Shown here piece after piece: positions 20,284 through 31,096 of a DNA stretch of 64,000 nucleotides. The position numbers and the translations under genes are program-made. Source of the DNA: Trypanosoma brucei (Eukaryota); NCBI GenBank assembly GCA_000002445.1, contig CH464491.1, positions 3,584,001-3,648,000 on the forward strand, in the 5' to 3' direction. The notes beneath the pieces are model-generated. The model saw nothing but the letters and a program-made list of their open reading frames with translations, searched no databases and had not been told where the DNA came from. Position 1 is the stretch's first letter. Each line of letters opens with the position of its first letter.

Positions 20284-23200
20284 AAACCACTCCACGAACT
20301 AATGACAGGGGAAGGAATCGTGAGGTAAGCCCATTTAGGGGCCTACCGATGTAGGGCAGTGTAGTTAATAGAATGCTATTACTTTTCCCCCAGACTTTTG
20401 AAAACGCTTACGGTGACGGCGTGTGATTTGTTTTAAACCAGTTTTCGCTAATAATTTTGTCACTGCGCCGCTCAGGGATGTGAGATTGTATACTGTGTGG
20501 CGTACCCCTTCGGCAGTGGCAATAAGCGTTCGACCTTCACCCGTGACCGCAGACTGTCGCGCCGGTGGAATATGTGATTTTTTGTTTTTCTTCCTTCCTT
20601 TCTTTCTTTTTTTTTTTCCTGAGCGTACGCGATTTACTCCATACGGCGGCAACTTTTTCCTTATTTATATGCATATATATATAAATCGTACCCTAAAGTT
20701 GTGCACGTGCTATTTGCATATATTTGTTTTTTTGTCATTGGTCTTCCAGCGGTGAATACGCGTTTACACCTTTAACGTGCAAAGATTGCATGCCTAACTC
20801 TGTGTCAAACGTGTTATCGCAGGGAACACTCCTTCTTGGTACCAAACACTTTCGTGTGTTGGGGCGTATCGCCGCGTACCTTCCATGCACCGCTCATATC
20901 TCGGGGCATTGTTATTTTTTAAAGACATCGATCGTATGACTTTAGTGAGTGTTATGACTTTCGTTTTTCTCGAGCTTCCGTGTTTACCTCCTGCCGTTGT
21001 CGTTATTTTTGACATTTGTTTCACTAATTCTCCTATTATTATGTTACATGGGTTAGCCCAGCTGCGAGAGCCACCGCGCCCTCGCTACAATTTCTTCTCC
21101 CGCTTCTCGGCTGCCCATCCACCAAGCAAAACCTATCGAGCAATATGAAGTGGGTGTGTACCATGCTAAGTTTGTTGTTCGGTTTCGCGGCGCTGCAGCC
21201 CCTAGTTTCTCTGATCCTCTTTAAGTTTCAGCAGGCCTTCTCCCTTCACTCCTTAGGCACCTGTATTATAGTTTGTCGCACGGCAACGGCAGTTGTGTAT
21301 ACGCTGCCGTCGTAATCGGTGCACGTTATCACTGGGTGTGGTGTATCCGGCCAATCTTGCATGTTAGGGTGCATTATCCCGTATTAGTTCCCATGGTGTT
21401 TAGTAAGTGAAGCAACGCAAGCACCATTGTTTCAGCCGAGCTGCTGGGGACGATTATGTCTTGGCCCTTGTGGAACACTTATGTTTTAAACGTTTTTAAT
21501 ACGAGGCAACGTAAGTATTCGTACCCCAAGAGAAACCTCGTTGCCCACCAGTCAGTTTTTTCCTCGGCGAAGTAGTGAACGCATCCCCCATCCTGTCGAC
21601 AATGCTTGTGGAGAGGCCCACTCATAATTGTGTGATGACGCGCAGTGCCTTCGTATTGATGTCTTCACTGGTGCGGGCGGGGCCGATTCTCAAGGTCCGA
21701 GGGTCACTAAGCTATTCAGCACGTATTGTGGGCTCTTTTTTCTCCCCACTGAGCTGCGTGAAACGCCTGCAACCCCGCACGGCTATAATATCAACCCCAT
21801 GACGTAGAGCAGCCTGCGGGAGGAGTCTTTTCGCGTTTTTGCGTATGGCAGTTGAGCCACCCGTGACGAAGCTGTGTCTGACCCAGGAAATGCGATTTAG
21901 CCTTCGGTCGAGGGAGTTCACTGTGGTTATGAACGGTACTGATCCAAAAACTGACCTCCGCGTTGCCCCGCAGGTCATGGAAATAGTTTCTAGCCATGTG
22001 TTGCTAACTGTATAAGGAGTGTTCCACCAAACCAGTTAGGTGGGGTTATATTTTGCATTGACTTAGTGCCACGATGATTTACACATGATCCGCCGATTCG
22101 GACGTTCTTGTATAGTTTGCATGCCTCCGCTTCTTTTTGTTTCTTCACCATATTTCACCAAACAGCTGTGTCACAGCATTTGCTGTTGAGTGTTTGGAGC
22201 CCTGACTGTTCTGGCTCAAGTAAGTTGTCGAGTTGATGCTTCAGGTTCCTTACAATCATCCTTTCCATTAGCTTGCAGAGGGCACTCATAGGGTCAGTGG
22301 CCGGGACGATGCGCCTTTGTTGCGTGTTCGTTTGGCTGAAGGGTTGGTATTATAACGTCCCTTCTCCTCTGTTCTAGCATTTTGCACGCTTCATACGGTG
22401 CTTAAGCATCCCTAGTAAGCATTCTCTCCTGGAACCACGGCCACTGTACATAAATTGGCCTGGTGCTAACTTCGGTTCTCCCAGGGTAAACCGTTTGGGT
22501 TCACAATTCCTCATGCTTGGTTGTTTCGTCCTTGAAGCTTCTGCCGTCATTGTCAACCCCTTCCTGCACATTTCCAGAATCACGTCCTCTTAACTTTGTC
22601 AATGGGTGTGCATTAACAACTGCTACTGTACTGGTCGATGGCCTCGTTGCAAGCACCGCATTCACTAGGTCGCAGCTTTCGGGTTCTGTGATCCCTGCTC
22701 CCAGTGTTGTTTTCCTTCATTTGACGGTCGTTTCTGTAACCACACCTCTAATTTTGTGTATCTTCGCTAGCTTTCCCCCTTTCCCTCTCTTTTAACATTC
22801 CTTTTCCCTATCTTCTGGGAGCCTGCGGAAGGAATGGTCAAGCCTTTACGCACTGTCAGGTAAGATAAAATAACCATTATAATCCTTGTTTTCGTATCAC
22901 ACCTAAGATAAGTATCGCAAAGAGTGAGTTTTTAAAACGCCCACCCAACCCAACTGTCACCGCCTCCGCACCAGAGCCGGGTAAGGTCATTTCCAGCACT
23001 TTCCTTATCGTCGGTAAATTTACTTCCATATATTTGAGGACTCGCATTTACCAACAATACCCTTTCCCCAACGATGCAAACGATGGATATGATAGCCACG
23101 ACAAAGGTTGAAATTATTAAGTTTCCCGCTCTTTTTCTTCCATTTAACGCAGAAAGACAGGGTAAAGATAATTCAGATTTGTTAGTTCCTACGTCCGGAA

Positions 23201-23796
23201 ATGTGGCACACGCATGTTGCCTTTAGTTACCTTTTCTCGTTCGGTTCCATTTTCGCTAAAAAAAAATAATACGGGTTTACTCACCTCATCCACTTCTCTC
23301 GGAGAACATTTCGGCATTTTCTTTTGCTCCCACGCGTAGGTTTACCGTTAAAATGTTGTCACTTTTATCCCACGCGACTAATGCCGTGCGGTGGCCACAG
23401 TAATTAACTTTGGCATTCGCGTCGATGCCTGTTTCGGTTGTGATTCAATTGCGATCGGTGATTGAATTCAGTTTTGAGATTCAGCCTCTTACCCAACGTT
23501 CTCTGGTCGTGGCCACTCCTGGCGGTGGGGCCCGTTTGCGCTCGATTTTTTGTTGTTTCCAGTTGCGGTAAGTGTGTAGGGGCAAATGTAAATTTGCATC
23601 CCTTGGTTGTGCATTAGTTTAGCCGATATCCCCTTATGCTCTCCTCTTCGTGGGTCGTTTGTTACGCCCGTATTGTCCCTGATCCTGTATCGGCGCCCGT
23701 AAGCGCTTGAAAGAGTGCGCTTTTCCGATGTTCCGGAATCTAGATGTCATTTTGCGGTCTGCTTATTCACTGTGCTGGTGTGGTTTCCCTAGAATG

Positions 23797-23831
23797 TGGA
23801 ATACCCCCTCCACAAAAGAGAGGGGGTATTC
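23797..23831. repeat. perfect 13-bp inverted repeat (hairpin) with a 9-nt spacer
   Basis: ggaataccccctc cacaaaaga gagggggtattcc. The arms are exact reverse complements. Confidence 0.9.
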
Positions 23832-25982
23832 CAACGCGATTCTTTCGGCTGCAAGAACTATTCTCGTCTAAATCGGCGTCGCGATGTGCACGTAGCCTAA
23901 TTTGCGTTATTTCAACGGAGCTGTGCGACCTCAGGGGCGGTTTCGGCCACAGGAGCCAATGCGGACACACCCTTTTCAGCCGAGGGGGCGCAAGGTCGTT
24001 GCCGCCTCCCCTTTCCGTAGTAACTGATAACCGTCCGCCCACCCCATTGGAAAGGACTTGGACGCATGGAGATGCTCAGCTTTGTTCGTGACGATGCACT
24101 GAGCCCTCATGCCGCTTTGGGGGTGGATTCCCCCGTCATGAGCTGGCGGGTGCGGGCTGAATTGGGTATTAGTCCAGTGGTGCGCGCCCCTCTTGGGGTG
24201 ATGCGGACATCTGCTTCTCGTTTGGTGAGGGCGCTGCAGCTGTCATTTGTTTGAAACGCTGGGAGGCAACCAGGGCCCGCGGGGTTGTCAACTGAGGCGG
24301 CGCCGCCTTTGGTCGCGACGTGGTCACATGCGCGCACCCAGTGGTTACTGGACACCGCCCGACTTTGGTGTGCACTTCCGCTATGGACAGGGCAGGTTGG
24401 TCATACGTGTGTTTCCGGGATGGGCGGACGAGAGTGACTGTTTTCCGGCATCTACCTTGAAGGCAAAGGCTCCACGATATTTTGGAAAACGGTACGCGGG
24501 GGACATCTTTCGTGGCCATTGGGGAGGTGGTTCGCCACTTCTTTAATGCCTCTGGTGGCCAGGTTGGGGTCCACATCAGGTTTTGTGAGAACGTACTTGA
24601 TCAGGCGGTATCACCCCCTTTTTCCGCCACTGCTTGCGTATCTTCGGTGATGGAGCAGCACCCCGGCGTCTGCGGCCACGGGCCTTTTTGCAGGGATCTT
24701 CGCACATGTGACAGCAAATGCACTCTCAGTGAAATACGCGGAGGGTTGGGTATGTTTCTTGAATGTTCTGTGCGACCTACTGTCAAGTTTGAATCGTTTA
24801 CAGTTCTAGTTTGTTCACTAGATGTGTCAGTTAGCACGACTTCCCTCCTTTTTGTGCCCATTAAAATTATTCATTAGAAACCACCACTTGTTGCTCTGTT
24901 TTAGTCCGGCACCGCTCGTTGACGCATTGGTTGACCTGCTTTCTTGGTCGCTTGCCCGGGTACCATCGCCCTGGCAGCAGACAAGCCACCCCCTCGAAGT
25001 GTCGTTGTATGATTTAGCACTTACTTATTGCGACTGTTCGAACATTGCTTTTCTTTTCAGAAGGTCCGCATCGGCTGCACGGCAGTGCTTTAGCTATTTT
25101 GAGTCAGTGCATGTGTGGTTTCCACCACCTCGGTGTACGTGCAGAGGGATGGCACTCGGTGATGGGGGTCGCGGGTGAATAAAAGACGCATTTAGCTGAT
25201 AGTTTCAAAGAAAACGTTCGAACCATATATACATTTTTTGTGGGTCAAACACAAATTTAAGTTTTGCGTTACTATATTTTCGGACAGTAATCAGTATGCC
25301 AACTATTGTCCCCTCGGAGGAAGGATGCAAGTACTTTTTGTTACCATTTCACTCTGTACCTTGCGTGCAATATTTAGATGCGCTTTCCATTTTTTTTTTT
25401 AGAAATTCTTGCTCCCACAATGCGCCGATAACACGGTGTTGCCCTTTGGTCTGAGGGGAAGACGGAAGGGTATAGAAAGGCCCTCTCATGAGGGAATTTA
25501 TGGGGAATTATGTACAGTGCGGCGTAGCATCGTGGTTCCATGTATTGCGTTTATGACATACGAGAAGGGACCTACCATGTATGTGTTTAGGAACGAGGTT
25601 ATGTGGGAGAATGTACACATTTTGGGGGCAACTTGATTTTTTTTTTTTACCTTCCCCCCTGTGCCTGCACCTCATTTTTGTGTACGTCGAGCGTATTAAG
25701 TTGTTTTCATATACATTCTCTAAGTTTCTGTTCCGCATTGTTTCTATTTACATTCTGGACGACACGGTTTATCGGCCAAGGCGTTGCATAAAATTTGATG
25801 ACCGCAGTGCCGGCGCCCCAAAACCCTTTTCCGCATTAAGGATTTTTCTTACCAAAGAATGTTCCGCGGCGAGAGCACAATCTGAAGCAGTTAGTTATTA
25901 CTTTTTTCTTACCAACATTTCATTCGTTTTATTAACTTTTTCACTGTTTCCACCCATTTAGAGTTCTCGGAGTAGTTCAACC

Positions 25983-26579
25983 ATGTCAGAGAGATATCAA
26001 CAGTTAATGAAGTTAATTGTTGTTGGAGATAGCGGCACAGGTAAATCGTCTCTTTTACACCGCTTTGTTGAGGACACATTTTCAGAGGAACGAGCGCAAA
26101 CTATTGGTGTTGAGTTTGGATCAAAGATTATTGAGTTATCAGGACGTAGGATCAAATTGCAAATATGGGATACAGCCGGTCAAGAAAGATACAAATCAGT
26201 TACAAGAAGTTATTACAGGGGAGCAGTTGGCTGCCTCATTGTGTATGACATTACAGAACGCACCTCCTATGAAAGTGTTCCACAGTGGCTGAACGACGTT
26301 CGGCAACTTGCAGGACCGGATGTAGTTGTCATGCTGATTGGAAACAAGAGTGACATGTCAAAAAATAGAGCCGTTCAACATAACGAGGCTTCTTTGTTTG
26401 CCCTAGAGAACAAACTACTCCATTTTGAGACGTCTGCTTCCACCGGCGAGTTTGTGACTGATGCTTTTTTAAAAGTAGCCAAAACTGGTTTGAGTTTGGG
26501 CACCGATGACAACGACGGGGAAAATGGGCATGCAGAAACTTTGTATGATGGTCCGAAACGGTTTTCGTGTGCTTGTTAG
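25983..26579 (+). CDS. Rab-family small GTPase (Rab2/Rab4/Rab14-like)
   Basis: G1 motif GDSGTGKSSLL. The effector region is TIGVEF. G3 is WDTAGQE, G4 is GNKSD, and G5 is ETSA. There is a C-terminal CAC prenylation motif. Confidence 0.9.
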   Translation: MSERYQQLMKLIVVGDSGTGKSSLLHRFVEDTFSEERAQTIGVEFGSKIIELSGRRIKLQIWDTAGQERYKSVTRSYYRGAVGCLIVYDITERTSYESVPQWLNDVRQLAGPDVVVMLIGNKSDMSKNRAVQHNEASLFALENKLLHFETSASTGEFVTDAFLKVAKTGLSLGTDDNDGENGHAETLYDGPKRFSCAC

Positions 26580-26883
26580 GTATTTGGATTCAAAATCCTT
26601 TTTGCTCTACCGTAGAACCTCCATTCTTATGATTATTCACTTTTTGTTCGTGCTATTTTGTTTTCCGTATGCCGCAGTTGTTTAGTGCATTCTGACGTTT
26701 CCATTGTTGATAATATATATATCCCAGATGCACGTGCATATATACATATATACATTCTTCTACCGGTATCAACAAAGAGAAAAGAGGGAAATTATCTCAA
26801 ACATTCACCTTAATTACTTTTTTTTTTTTTGCTATATTCGTTTGTAGCATTTTTATTCTTCGGATTGTCGTAGGGCTGTGTAC

Positions 26884-27669
26884 ATGATTTCACGGAGGAG
26901 CTTTGTACTGGCTAGAGGTAGGTCGAGAGGTAGTGAAAGCTGGACGGTTGAAAATCTCGCCGAAAGGGTGTTTGTGTGGAGTCCGCGGTTGTTTAGCTTC
27001 TCGCACCGCACACTTTCGAGTATTCGACACCCTTATATCGCTGTTGTTAATGATATGGTGGATTCAGGTGGGCATAAAAAAAGCAAACGTGTTGAGTTGC
27101 TCTTAGGTGCGTTGACGGAGTCTCGCGATGAAGAGAAGAAGTGGATGCGGATTTCACTGATGTTCGATTCGATGCTAACGGCAGATGTTGTGGACAAGCT
27201 ACGGCGTAAGGTCTCGCTCAATATTGATGTTATGATGCGTATAGAGGTGCTTTGGAATGGTTTAGGCGGCGTTGCGCATGAGGTTGTTAAAGAGGATGGA
27301 TATAAAGCCTTTCATTACAAACTTTACTCGTATTTATTAAATATAGACGACGTCAGCGTAGTCACATCTACTTCAACCGCCATATCAGAAGACTATGCCT
27401 ATGATGAGAGAGGAAACAATGGAGTGACTTTTGAATTCTTCGCTGTTTCTATGCTTGAGCTGGCTGACAACTGGACCAGAACAAGGGATACGAATGATTT
27501 TGTCAACTTTTTAACGGACATATATGAACGTTGTGTAAAAACTAAGCAAAGGCCCATAGTACGTGGCATTCTTCCTAGGTGCGAAAAAACAGCCTACTTC
27601 TCCGGTGGGATAATACGTAAAGTGGTTGAAGGAGACACTGTGACTTACGTAAAGGCAAAGCAAAGCTGA
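26884..27669 (+). CDS. hypothetical protein (262 aa from the first ATG)
   Basis: The track ORF starts on GTG at 26878. There is an ATG at 26884, directly after a T-rich tract and AG (…tttgtag…). I recognise no domain. It is in array orientation. Confidence 0.5.
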   Translation: MISRRSFVLARGRSRGSESWTVENLAERVFVWSPRLFSFSHRTLSSIRHPYIAVVNDMVDSGGHKKSKRVELLLGALTESRDEEKKWMRISLMFDSMLTADVVDKLRRKVSLNIDVMMRIEVLWNGLGGVAHEVVKEDGYKAFHYKLYSYLLNIDDVSVVTSTSTAISEDYAYDERGNNGVTFEFFAVSMLELADNWTRTRDTNDFVNFLTDIYERCVKTKQRPIVRGILPRCEKTAYFSGGIIRKVVEGDTVTYVKAKQS

Positions 27670-27932
27670 TCCCCCCTACCCACTTCTAGTTGTGACTGCC
27701 AAGATATGTATTTGATTGGATGTACACTACTGCTATTACCGACTAACGGCATTCGACCCCCGGTTGACAGTGAAGTTTACGTATTGTAAGTGTCTTCTCA
27801 CAATGTGTTTTTTCATTTGATTAGGTATTCCCTTTCTTTTTTCTCACAGAGGGTTTCTTCTCGTTTGAGAGTTAACAGGAAGTAGCGGAAGGGGTGGTAT
27901 CTCTGTTGTGCAGTTACCTTGAAAGCTAAGCA

Positions 27933-29006
27933 ATGTCCACAAGTGGCATAGTCCGACGTCTTGATGAGGGGATGTTTACCGTATATCCGTACCATTCAGG
28001 TTGGATCGTCGCACCGATTTTACTGCTGCTTTCAGCGGCGTTTGTACCCGTTGGTGTCCTTATCATAAAGGAGAGCGACTCTCTTCTTGAAGTTAGCGTG
28101 AGTTACGGGGGAGTAAATAAGTATACATATCGCGTTGATGCTGAGGATAAGTATCCACATAAATTCTCCTTCAACGGCTCAAATTACTCCACGGGCGCAA
28201 CGACGGCAATATCATTTAAAATAAATGAAACCGTTCGTCAGCCTGTATACATGCAATACCGTGTGACTGGGTTTTTTCAAAATTATCGGAGATACAGGTC
28301 CTCACAGGACTATAACCAGCTGCTGTACAACCCTCGCTCAGTTTCTCAGGACTGCGAGCCGTTCAGGTATCCTGGCGAGGTGCACAAGGCTGCTGAAACA
28401 GGCAATGTGTACTTTCCGTGTGGGTCAATAGCGTGGAGCCTATTTAATGACTCGTTTAAGCTGTACAAGGGGAATGCCACGAGCACACTCAACGATTCTG
28501 AACTAATTTGCGATGGATCTGCATTTGATGCTGATGGCAAGAGTTCGGTGGGCCATTCTTGCAGGAAAAACGGCATCGCCTCAAACGGTGACATTAAACT
28601 GTTTCGTAGCGCGAAAGAACCCGAAGATGAGGGTATTTGGTCGAGTAAAGGCAAAAGTTCCTCTGATGATCCTTACAGGAAAGAAGGATATTACTACGGC
28701 GAGCCTGGGCATCGAATACCCTCCGTAAGAGATGAAGATTTCATAGTCTGGGCGTCGCTGGGCTATACGTCAGAGGTGACAAAGATGTATCGCATCATCG
28801 AAAAGGACTTGGAGCAGGGTGACTACAGAGTAGAAATCGTGGAAAATTTTGACGTTTACTCGTTCAAAGGGGAGAAATACGTGGTTCTGACAACGCGATC
28901 GTGGTTCGGAGAGAAGAATCATGAAATGGGCATCACATTTCTTGTTGTGGGATGCATCTCGTTTGTTCTTGGCTTAGGTGTTATCATCCAGCAATGGGTT
29001 CTTTAG
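27933..29006 (+). CDS. CDC50/LEM3 (TMEM30) family protein, the beta-subunit of P4-ATPase phospholipid flippases
   Basis: It has two TM helices: an N-terminal WIVAPILLLLSAAFVPVGVLII and a C-terminal ITFLVVGCISFVLGLGVII. These flank a large loop carrying CDC50 signatures (FFQNYRRY, PCGSIAWSLFNDSF, DEDFIVWASLGY, TRSWFGEKN). Confidence 0.85.
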   Translation: MSTSGIVRRLDEGMFTVYPYHSGWIVAPILLLLSAAFVPVGVLIIKESDSLLEVSVSYGGVNKYTYRVDAEDKYPHKFSFNGSNYSTGATTAISFKINETVRQPVYMQYRVTGFFQNYRRYRSSQDYNQLLYNPRSVSQDCEPFRYPGEVHKAAETGNVYFPCGSIAWSLFNDSFKLYKGNATSTLNDSELICDGSAFDADGKSSVGHSCRKNGIASNGDIKLFRSAKEPEDEGIWSSKGKSSSDDPYRKEGYYYGEPGHRIPSVRDEDFIVWASLGYTSEVTKMYRIIEKDLEQGDYRVEIVENFDVYSFKGEKYVVLTTRSWFGEKNHEMGITFLVVGCISFVLGLGVIIQQWVL

Positions 29007-29515
29007 GTTGCGTGTCAAAAATTTGGCTGGTAATGTGTCGCGCTAGATCTTCAGTTAATTGTTTTGTGCTTTCTATGTTGTCTTAATCCTTGGACTGCTA
29101 CGTTGTATGTACCTATATATATGTATTTGGTACGTAGGTATTTAATTTTACTCCACCACATTCAGAGGTTTCTCCCTTTTTTGTCTGCTGGAAGTTATTG
29201 GGAAGCTGTTTGAGCGCTTCATTCATGTTCACGATTTATCTTTTTCTAAATGTTGCTTACCTTTACTTTGTTTGTCCAGAAGGATATGTCTTTCTGTCCC
29301 GCTGGTCCCTCGTGTTGAGAGGAAAGAGGGTCTTCCCAATATGTGATCAAGTGTATATTACGTTATTATTATTATTATTTGCTTCTTACCGAATTTGCTA
29401 CGGAGCACATGTGTATGTTTTATCGTTTCTTATTCACCTTTTCCATTAAAGAAAGAGAGCCCACAAAAAGTGAAGTTTGCCTAACTTAAGGGAAGGTTTT
29501 ACTAACCGGAAATAA

Positions 29516-29968
29516 ATGTCGTGGCAGTCCTACGTCGACGACAGCCTTGTTGGCAGTGGTTTCATGCACAGCGCAGCGATCGTTGGTCTTGCTGATGGGA
29601 GTTACTGGGCGTATGGAGGAACATATGTGCCGCAGCCTGAGGAGGTAACACACATTCTCAAGTGTCTGGAGAATTTCTCGCTCGTACAAAGTTCCGGTGT
29701 AACCATCTGTGGTGTCAAGTTCTTCGGTCTTCAGTCAGGATCCGAAGGTCAGATGAAGTACATATTCTTTAAGAAAGGAGCCGCAGGGGGTTGCATATAC
29801 ACTTCCAAACAAACTGCTATTATTGCTGTTTACGGCAACCCTGGTGATGCATCAGCCTTGCAGCAGGATCTCCAGAAGACCGAAGCTACATATGTGGCTG
29901 TCAATCCGGCAGACTGCAACACGACAGTAAAGAGAATTGCGGAGTATTTGATTAGCTTGGACTACTGA
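29516..29968 (+). CDS. profilin
   Basis: MSWQSYVDDSLVGSG... is a canonical profilin N-terminus. It is 150 aa and ends in the C-terminal helix KRIAEYLISLDY. Confidence 0.9.
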   Translation: MSWQSYVDDSLVGSGFMHSAAIVGLADGSYWAYGGTYVPQPEEVTHILKCLENFSLVQSSGVTICGVKFFGLQSGSEGQMKYIFFKKGAAGGCIYTSKQTAIIAVYGNPGDASALQQDLQKTEATYVAVNPADCNTTVKRIAEYLISLDY

Positions 29969-30181
29969 AGTCTGGTTCCATAATAGTGTTGCTTCGCTTT
30001 CTTTTTATTCGAACCTATCAATTAGAAAATTCATATTCGCCACTTTTAGTTGCTCGGTGCACCTGAAGTTTAAATACATGCTCTCGTATGATTCTTCGCT
30101 TGTATTATATTATATGTTTACTTCTCGCTTCTTTTGCCTTTCTTTTTTCTTTTTTAAAAAAGCCTTTTTCAGGGAGCTGTA

Positions 30182-30358
30182 ATGCACTTATGCCGGGGCG
30201 GTTACGTTTGCTCCTGCGGGCGGCTGATGTGCCCCGGATGTTCTAGGTTGTGTCTTGCCTGCAACCAGCTGGTATGTGCCAACTGCATCCCACTCACGAT
30301 GACCCACTGCTTGCGGTGTTCCCTGGCTTACATACGTAATACTCGTTGCCAGATGTGA
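30182..30358 (+). CDS. 58-aa cysteine-rich micro-ORF (13 Cys). It is a possible small zinc-binding protein.
   Basis: My own translation is MHLCRGGYVCSCGRLMCPGCSRLCLACNQLVCANCIPLTMTHCLRCSLAYIRNTRCQM. The ATG lies 11 nt after a ~50-nt polypyrimidine tract that ends in AG (30121-30171). It is below the 60-aa cutoff of the track. Confidence 0.3.
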   Translation: MHLCRGGYVCSCGRLMCPGCSRLCLACNQLVCANCIPLTMTHCLRCSLAYIRNTRCQM

Positions 30359-30667
30359 TTATTAACCCTTCATTGGGCTTGCCGGTTCGTGCTCGCAGAG
30401 AACTTACATTTGTATCACCTTCGTTCATGGTGAGACATCTCTTTCACTTACGCCCCCCTGCTTTTCATCCCCCTTAGCGCCTTCTCCCTTCTCCCATTTA
30501 CTTCGGCCTCTGGTTGCTCTACCCTCATTATTGTCTCCAAACTCGTGCTTAACCACTGTTCACCGGATAGTACACTGTATTGGTGCGCTGTAATGCTTCG
30601 TTGCCACTCTAACTCTGGAGAACGAGGTGCGACTGTGGTGGGAGTCCATTTTAGGTGATTAGGGAAG

Positions 30668-31096
30668 ATGTTATGGAGAAATATCTCTCGATGCCTGCTT
30701 CCCCAAGCGAAGTACACTTCCTTCACAGTCCAGTCAACATACACCCTTTCCCTCGGGAAACGCTCTGCACCCTGGGGGGAGGAGAAGAGAATGCCGACAC
30801 TGCTCATTGATGCACCGAAACCAGAGGCGCTGTCATGTGGAACAGGACAACCCGCCCAGCGTGGACGTCGAAAGCCGTTAGTATGGAAGCGAAGACACCC
30901 ATGGTTTGACAGGCAGTGGTCCTTGGATCTGAAGCGTGTGAAGAAGGGACCCTCAACTCCCCAATTCCCAGAAGGTGTGCCCTTCACGCAAATAAGGTCG
31001 TTTCAATCCTTTGCGGGGAGATCATGGAAAATTAATGCCGGCCGCCGGAGGAAGATCCGGCTTTCACTTAAGCGGGGACGTCGGAAGCTGTTGTGA
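30668..31096 (+). CDS. hypothetical very basic protein (142 aa). It may be spurious.
   Basis: ATG ORF in array orientation. It is R/K-rich (…RGRRKPLVWKRRHPWF…GRRRKIRLSLKRGRRKLL). A 179-aa ORF on the opposite strand overlaps it. I recognise no domain. Confidence 0.25.
   Translation: MLWRNISRCLLPQAKYTSFTVQSTYTLSLGKRSAPWGEEKRMPTLLIDAPKPEALSCGTGQPAQRGRRKPLVWKRRHPWFDRQWSLDLKRVKKGPSTPQFPEGVPFTQIRSFQSFAGRSWKINAGRRRKIRLSLKRGRRKLL

Noticed and set aside
16623-20295. Many minus-strand ORFs (84-170 aa) antisense to the adenylate cyclase gene.
   Set aside because: Shadow ORFs of a GC-rich coding region. They have no domains and the wrong strand for the array.
20320-20350. Telomere-repeat-like ccatttaggggcc. 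I also searched the whole window for a telomerase-RNA template (ccctaaccc).
   Set aside because: It is a single degenerate TTAGGG unit only. No template-like CCCTAACCC occurs anywhere in the window.
22834-22866. atggtcaagcctttacgcactgtcag|gtaagat. It looks like a short first exon followed by a consensus 5' splice site, that is, a cis-intron.
   Set aside because: Only two cis-spliced genes are known in T. brucei. An 8-mer caggtaag is expected about twice by chance in 128 kb of two-strand sequence. No downstream branch or acceptor plus ORF continuation is evident.
24169-25178. Cluster of 99-135 aa ORFs on both strands in the GC-rich block of the gene desert.
   Set aside because: They overlap one another, are R/P/G-rich, and have no domains. 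I treat this as non-coding (see findings) rather than as genes.
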